The position numbers and the translations under genes are program-made. A stretch of DNA of 64,000 bases from positions 3,808,001 to 3,872,000 of the forward strand of contig OY970325.1 in NCBI GenBank assembly GCA_963717145.1. The letters are read 5' to 3'. Positions 59,293 to 64,000 of this stretch are shown here, piece after piece. Each line of letters starts with the position of its first letter. Positions within the stretch are counted from its first letter, which is position 1. Source of the stretch: an uncultured Armatimonadetes bacterium (lineage in GTDB: Bacteria > Armatimonadota > UBA5829 > DTJY01). Below the pieces are notes generated by a model that was not told the origin of the DNA, did no database searches, and worked only from the letters and a program-made list of their open reading frames with translations.

Positions 59293-60267
59293 ATGGTATT
59301 CTTGGAGTTCACCGGCCTGCTGTTACTGATTATGTTCGCCGCGTATCTGCTCAGTCACGGAGCAGAAGTCATGGCCGACAAGTGGGGCACAACCATCGCA
59401 GGGAGCCTCATCCTCGGCCTTCTGACGACACTCCCGGAGTACACGTTCGTGTACTGGGCCTCGGTGAAGGGCCGCTATGACATGGCTATCGGGTCGGCAA
59501 TCGGGGCCTGCACTCTGCTCGTCACGCTGGGATATGGGCTCGTGATTCTGGTCGCGACCACGAAGCTCAGCCGAAAGCCGGTCCCCAATATCAGACTGAC
59601 CAAAGCCACACGCGTTGACGCGGCGTTCCTGCTCATTACCGCGCTCGTAGCGTTGCTCTTCGTCTGGAACGACAGCGCGCTCAGCCTCTTGGAAGGCATC
59701 ATCCTTGCCGCGGTGTTCCTGACCTACGTGGTGTTGGTCGTCACGATGTGCGGCAAGCACGGGGAGGAACTGCTGCATGTTCCGCACCGAAAGCTCTTCA
59801 TCGCGCTCGGACAGATACTGATCGGTGGAGCGGTGATCTTCCTGGTATCGGAGCCGTTTGTTGATACCATGATCCTCCTGGCGCAGGCGTTCAACGTGAG
59901 CCCGGTGGTGATCGCGATAGTGCTCGGACCGATCGCCTCGGAGATGCCGGAGAAGATGACGGCATACATCACTGTGTGGAGGAACGGCAAGCTGGCGCAG
60001 CTCTCGATCTCCAATTTCATCGGGTCGAAGGTGAATCACAACAGCCTGCTGCTCGCCATCATCCCGTTTGTCGGGTACGCCAAGCAGCACGGGAAGATCC
60101 CCGGCCTGATGTCGCCCATGTTCCTCGTGATGACCATCATGACCGTGTTCGTCTCGGCGATGTTGGCAAGAGGGCGCATCGAGCGATGGAATGGAGCGGT
60201 CCTGGTCGCGTGCTACATTGCGATCATGATCCTGGCCGTGCAGACCACTGCGACCATTACGCACTAG
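59293..60267 (+). CDS. CaCA-family (Na+/Ca2+ exchanger-like) cation antiporter
   Basis: Two alpha repeats 'LLTTLPE..AIGSAIG' and 'IASEMPE..SNFIGS'; about 10 TMs. Confidence 0.85.
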   Translation: MVFLEFTGLLLLIMFAAYLLSHGAEVMADKWGTTIAGSLILGLLTTLPEYTFVYWASVKGRYDMAIGSAIGACTLLVTLGYGLVILVATTKLSRKPVPNIRLTKATRVDAAFLLITALVALLFVWNDSALSLLEGIILAAVFLTYVVLVVTMCGKHGEELLHVPHRKLFIALGQILIGGAVIFLVSEPFVDTMILLAQAFNVSPVVIAIVLGPIASEMPEKMTAYITVWRNGKLAQLSISNFIGSKVNHNSLLLAIIPFVGYAKQHGKIPGLMSPMFLVMTIMTVFVSAMLARGRIERWNGAVLVACYIAIMILAVQTTATITH

Positions 60268-61561
60268 TCCCGGCATTGCGCTCGTTGCCGTCGTCCAGGC
60301 AGACGGACTGCACGCCTATCCGGCGCTCGTCGCAATCCTTCACAAAGATCATCACCAGAATGAAGCAGACGGTGAGGGCGAGCGCGCTGACGGCGAACGG
60401 AGAGTAGTGAGAGTTCAGGTCCAGGCCGATGAAGCCGCCGATCCGCACCTTCTCGTAGAGATGAGACCCCAGCACCGTCCCGACGACCGCGCCGATCCCC
60501 TGAGCGGTACCGAGCGCCCCCACTACAGCGCCTCGTACCCGGGGCGACGACATGTCCGAGACCAGTGCGAGCCACGCCGGCATCGCGATCACGAACCCTA
60601 CTCCAAGCAGCATCCCGACCATGGCGAACTGCAGCGCTGAGTGGGACACCAGGACCGCCCACATTGCGACGGCGGCGAGTGCGATGCCGAGGCGCACGGA
60701 ACGAGCCTTCCCCCAGCGGTCGCCCAGGCGACCTGCCACCAGGCTCGCGACTGCCACTGCGATCGCGATCGGCAGCACCAGCACACCGAAGCCGGTCTCG
60801 TTGAGTCTCAACTCGTCCATAGCGAAGTACTTCACGATCGGGATGAGCAGGCCGACACCGAAGAACGCGATGAAGGCCGTGAGCATCATGTCCGGCACGG
60901 CCCTGATCCCGATTGAAAGCTGGGAGAGTCGGAAACCCTCTTCGTGAACGTCGTCGGATTCCATCTCCTCCCTGGACCTGTGCGGCGTCAGGAACCAGGC
61001 GACGAGCGCGGTGGCCAGGAAGAGCACGCTCACGAGATAGAACGAGGCGAGTTTGGATCCCGTGAGATCGTTGGCCAGCCCGCCGAGTAATGGGCCCAGC
61101 GCCACTCCGCTCATATAGGTCACGGTCATGGCGGACATCGCCATAGTGCGCTTCTCCTGGGGGACGCTCCCGCTGATGGCGGCGATCAAAGTCGGCCAGA
61201 TGGCGGCGGCAGCCACTCCGTCGAACGCCCTGAGCACCAGTAGATACGGTAGCTTGGTCGTGACGGTCATGATCAGCGCCGTGACGCACGAGATCAGCGC
61301 GCCGACCACGATCAGTGGCCGCCTGCCGAGCCGATCGCCCAGGGATCCCATCGGCGACTTGAACATCGCCTCGACGACGAGAAACGTCCCGATGACTATT
61401 CCCACCTGAGCTTTGAGGCCGATATGCTGCGCGTACGGCGGGATGGCGGACTGGTTCAGCACCGCATATGCCAGTTCCGCCACCGCCGATACTACGCCTA
61501 GATATATGAGCGTGTGATAGGTCTTGTAGAACGGACCATATCTCGCCAGGAGCTTTGACAA
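60257..61561 (-). CDS. MFS transporter
   Basis: Motif A 'GSLGDRLGRR' and 'GRLGDRWGK'; about 12 TMs. Confidence 0.9.
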   Translation of the reverse strand: MSKLLARYGPFYKTYHTLIYLGVVSAVAELAYAVLNQSAIPPYAQHIGLKAQVGIVIGTFLVVEAMFKSPMGSLGDRLGRRPLIVVGALISCVTALIMTVTTKLPYLLVLRAFDGVAAAAIWPTLIAAISGSVPQEKRTMAMSAMTVTYMSGVALGPLLGGLANDLTGSKLASFYLVSVLFLATALVAWFLTPHRSREEMESDDVHEEGFRLSQLSIGIRAVPDMMLTAFIAFFGVGLLIPIVKYFAMDELRLNETGFGVLVLPIAIAVAVASLVAGRLGDRWGKARSVRLGIALAAVAMWAVLVSHSALQFAMVGMLLGVGFVIAMPAWLALVSDMSSPRVRGAVVGALGTAQGIGAVVGTVLGSHLYEKVRIGGFIGLDLNSHYSPFAVSALALTVCFILVMIFVKDCDERRIGVQSVCLDDGNERNAGTSA

Positions 61562-61587
61562 TGTGCTCTCCGCAACAACTCGAATCC

Positions 61588-61775
61588 TGTCATCCTGGGC
61601 ACACCGTCAGTCCTGAGTGCGCCGGTGAATGACGGCGTGTATCGAAGGACGGCCTTGTTGCGCCGAGCCGTCCTTCGATACACGCCGTCATTCACCGGCG
61701 CACTCAGGACTGACGGTGTGCTTTTGTCGCCAATCGTCTGCGCTGCAGAACGCAATGGAGTTGCCTGGCATGACA
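61588..61775. repeat. Family B nested palindrome, copy 3
   Basis: Inner IR 61600-61720 with GTCCTGAGTGCGCC..GGCGTGTATCGAAGGACGGC. Confidence 0.8.
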
Positions 61776-61803
61776 GCAGCGTGATCATGCAGCGATCACT
61801 GCC

Positions 61804-62853
61804 CTACTTTATCTGGACTTCCTTGCCGACCTCGGACGACTTGTAGATCGCGTCGAGGATCTTCGCAACCATCAGGCCGTCCTCACCGGGCACGGGCGAC
61901 GGCTTCTTCGTCTGGATCGCGTCGATGAACGCGTAGATCTCGGCCTCGTGCGTGCCTACGTTCGGCAGGCTCACGGGCGTCGTGTCTATCAGCGTGCCGT
62001 TCTCCTCACGGAACATCTTGAGCGGGTCCAACTGCAGGCCGCCCTCCGTGCCGAGGATCGACGTGTTGAAGATGTCCTTCTCGATGTTCGCGCAGAAGCT
62101 CGACTCGAGCACGAGGGTCGCGTCATTCTCGAAACGGATCAGGCCGACTGCGAAGTCCTCGACCGTGTAGTTGTCGTAGTCCCACGGACCCCAGGTGTTG
62201 AAGGTGCCCTTCTTCTTGCCGAACTTGGTGTAGGTCTTGCCGGACGCCGCGACGGGCTTCGGATGGCCCATCAGATGCAGCGTGAGGTCGAGCGCGTGGC
62301 AGCCGATGTCGATGAGCGGTCCGCCGCCCTGCTTCTCCTTGTTGATGAAGACGCCCCAGCTCGGGACGCCTCGACGCCGGAGCGCCTGAACTCGCGCGTA
62401 GTACGGCTCGCCGAGCAGGCCCGCGTCCACGAACCGCTTGAGTGCCTGCGCGCCGGAGTTCCATCGCCAGCAGTAGGCGATCATCAGCTTCTTGCCGGAC
62501 GCCTTCGCGGCGTCGACCATCTTCTGGCCTTCTTTGGCATTGAGCGCGATCGGCTTCTCGCAGATGACATGCTTGCCGGCCTGGAGAGCCTTGATGGTCG
62601 GGTCCATATGCACGAAGTTCGGCGTGCAGACGTCGATCATCTCGATCTCTTTGAGCTTGAGCATGTCGTCGTACTTCTCGAACCTGAACTTCTCAGGAAT
62701 GTTCAGCCGATCGCCGACCTTCTTCAGGGTCTCGAGGTTGATGTCGCAGGTTGCGATTACCTCGGCATCCGGGTGCTTCTCGTACGCCGGAATATGAACG
62801 CTCTGGCTGATCGACCCTGTTCCGATCAGCCCCACTTTGACCTTTCTTGCCAC
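61804..62853 (-). CDS. Gfo/Idh/MocA oxidoreductase
   Basis: 'GLIGTGSI', 'GKHVICEKP', 'GGGPLIDIGCH', 'TVEDFA'. Confidence 0.92.
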   Translation of the reverse strand: MARKVKVGLIGTGSISQSVHIPAYEKHPDAEVIATCDINLETLKKVGDRLNIPEKFRFEKYDDMLKLKEIEMIDVCTPNFVHMDPTIKALQAGKHVICEKPIALNAKEGQKMVDAAKASGKKLMIAYCWRWNSGAQALKRFVDAGLLGEPYYARVQALRRRGVPSWGVFINKEKQGGGPLIDIGCHALDLTLHLMGHPKPVAASGKTYTKFGKKKGTFNTWGPWDYDNYTVEDFAVGLIRFENDATLVLESSFCANIEKDIFNTSILGTEGGLQLDPLKMFREENGTLIDTTPVSLPNVGTHEAEIYAFIDAIQTKKPSPVPGEDGLMVAKILDAIYKSSEVGKEVQIK

Positions 62854-63126
62854 TTCGTATCCCCTTTCGTTATCTCATCGAGCGGCGCTCAGCCGCCCAG
62901 TCGTAGCCAAGACTTGAGCTGTAGAGGAGGCCTTCAACGGCCTCCCGCGGGCGGGCGTAGAAGCGCCGCCCCTACGGCATCGTTTCGGATTGCTTACGTT
63001 TCCTGCGGAATAGTCTCAGCAGGAGCCGTGGTATCGCAAGCAGACCCTCCATGATCCCCACGAAGATCAGTGTGAGTATCTCCTCGAATAACGCTCCCAG
63101 ACAGCATCCCATGCTCGAATAACCCG

Positions 63127-63555
63127 TTATCCTGCATCCAGGTCAAACGTGATGTTGTTCAGTCCGTGATAGAAATTGCCTTGTCTGGCTGTGAAACGCA
63201 GTACGGAGTAATCCGGGTCTTCTACGCCCTGAGGGTAGTATATCTCGAAACCTTCATTCCACAGCATCTTCCGCGACTCGATATCCTGCAGGATCTCAAC
63301 AACGCCCACGAGCATCAGGCCTTTGAATTCGTTCTCGTCCACGAAGTATATGCATGCTCTGTTGTCTTGCCTCAGCTGCTGCACTCTCTTGGAGGAAGTG
63401 TTTGTGCTGAACCAGAATCTGCCAATCCCTTCGTATTTCAGGTTCAACATCGCCTTGATGTTCGGAAAGCCGCCTTCTCCATTCGTTCCGAGCATGGCGA
63501 TCTTCGACTTCTCGATCAGTTCCAATCCTTGGGTAATCGCTTCCTGTTCATCCAT
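63127..63555 (-). CDS. Pyridoxamine 5'-phosphate oxidase-like (FMN split-barrel) protein
   Basis: 'FWFSTNTSSKRV', 'YYPQGVEDPDY'. Confidence 0.85.
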   Translation of the reverse strand: MDEQEAITQGLELIEKSKIAMLGTNGEGGFPNIKAMLNLKYEGIGRFWFSTNTSSKRVQQLRQDNRACIYFVDENEFKGLMLVGVVEILQDIESRKMLWNEGFEIYYPQGVEDPDYSVLRFTARQGNFYHGLNNITFDLDAG

Positions 63556-63561
63556 TACAGT

Positions 63562-63999
63562 CTAGCCCTTGATCACTCCCATCGGCTTCATGCGGGCGAC
63601 CTTGCGGGAGATGCCCGTCTCCTGCGCTGTATCGACGACGAGCGAGACATCCTTGTACGCCCCGGGCGCTTCCTCGGCGAGAGTGCCCCGGCTCGCGGCC
63701 TTAACGATGATCCCCTTCTTCGCCAGTTCATCCTGGATGTCCGAGCCGCGCGCGCTCTTCGTCGCAGCCTTCCTGCTCATCAGGCGGCCCGCGCCGTGGC
63801 ACGTCGAGCCGAACGTCTCCGCCATCGCCTGCTCCGTGCCGACCAGCAGATATGAGTACCGCCCCATGTCGCCGGGAATGAGCACCGGCTGGCCGATCCC
63901 CCGATACTGCTCCGGCACGTCCGGATGGCCCGGCGGGAACGCGCGAGTCGCGCCCTTGCGGTGGACGACGACCTTCTTCCGGACGCCGTCGACCTCGTG
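63562..63999 (-). CDS. rtcB: RtcB RNA ligase, 3' part (truncated by the window edge)
   Basis: '[10 protein letters not shown]', 'PGDMG', 'STCHGAGR', '[10 protein letters not shown]', C-terminal 'VIKG'. Confidence 0.92.
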   Translation of the reverse strand, partial: HEVDGVRKKVVVHRKGATRAFPPGHPDVPEQYRGIGQPVLIPGDMGRYSYLLVGTEQAMAETFGSTCHGAGRLMSRKAATKSARGSDIQDELAKKGIIVKAASRGTLAEEAPGAYKDVSLVVDTAQETGISRKVARMKPMGVIKG

Positions 64000-64000
64000 C

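Noticed and set aside
37898-63999. RNA-repair system linking thpR and rtcB
   Set aside because: They are 25 kb apart, and thpR sits in its usual cinA-recA context.

Overview
A 64 kb GC-rich bacterial chromosomal window. Protein families and repeat style suggest Armatimonadota or a relative (inference, not checked). Core and housekeeping genes: the start of the atp operon, flgM, parB, pcrA/uvrD, cinA-thpR-recA-recX-rny-ymdB, galT, iscS, murJ and a partial rtcB. Glycan and sugar catabolism: GH38, uronate isomerase, sulfatase, heparinase II/III and three Gfo/Idh/MocA enzymes. It also holds a CopB-type copper ATPase, several large secreted proteins, an AlbA_2/HATPase/wHTH protein and one complete IS1182-family element with a CTAG target duplication. 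Regulatory signals visible in the sequence: two c-di-GMP-I riboswitches (one behind a perfect sigma28 promoter before flgM, one before a small unknown ORF), a yybP-ykoY riboswitch before a CaCA-family antiporter, a parS site inside parB, and a recurring ECF-sigma promoter motif. Most promising novelties: (1) a ~175-190 aa C-terminal module shared by two unrelated secreted proteins, a candidate lineage-specific sorting or anchoring domain; (2) a parA-less parB/parS locus followed by a RacA/pSK1-Par-like HTH-coiled-coil protein with an amphipathic tail; (3) c-di-GMP riboswitch control of an anti-sigma factor; (4) a 95 bp REP-like palindrome inserted in frame inside the copper ATPase. About ten families of palindromic or low-complexity repeats fill the intergenic space. 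Four +1 frameshifts and one apparently lost stop codon probably reflect sequencing errors. No CRISPR array, rRNA or tRNA was seen.
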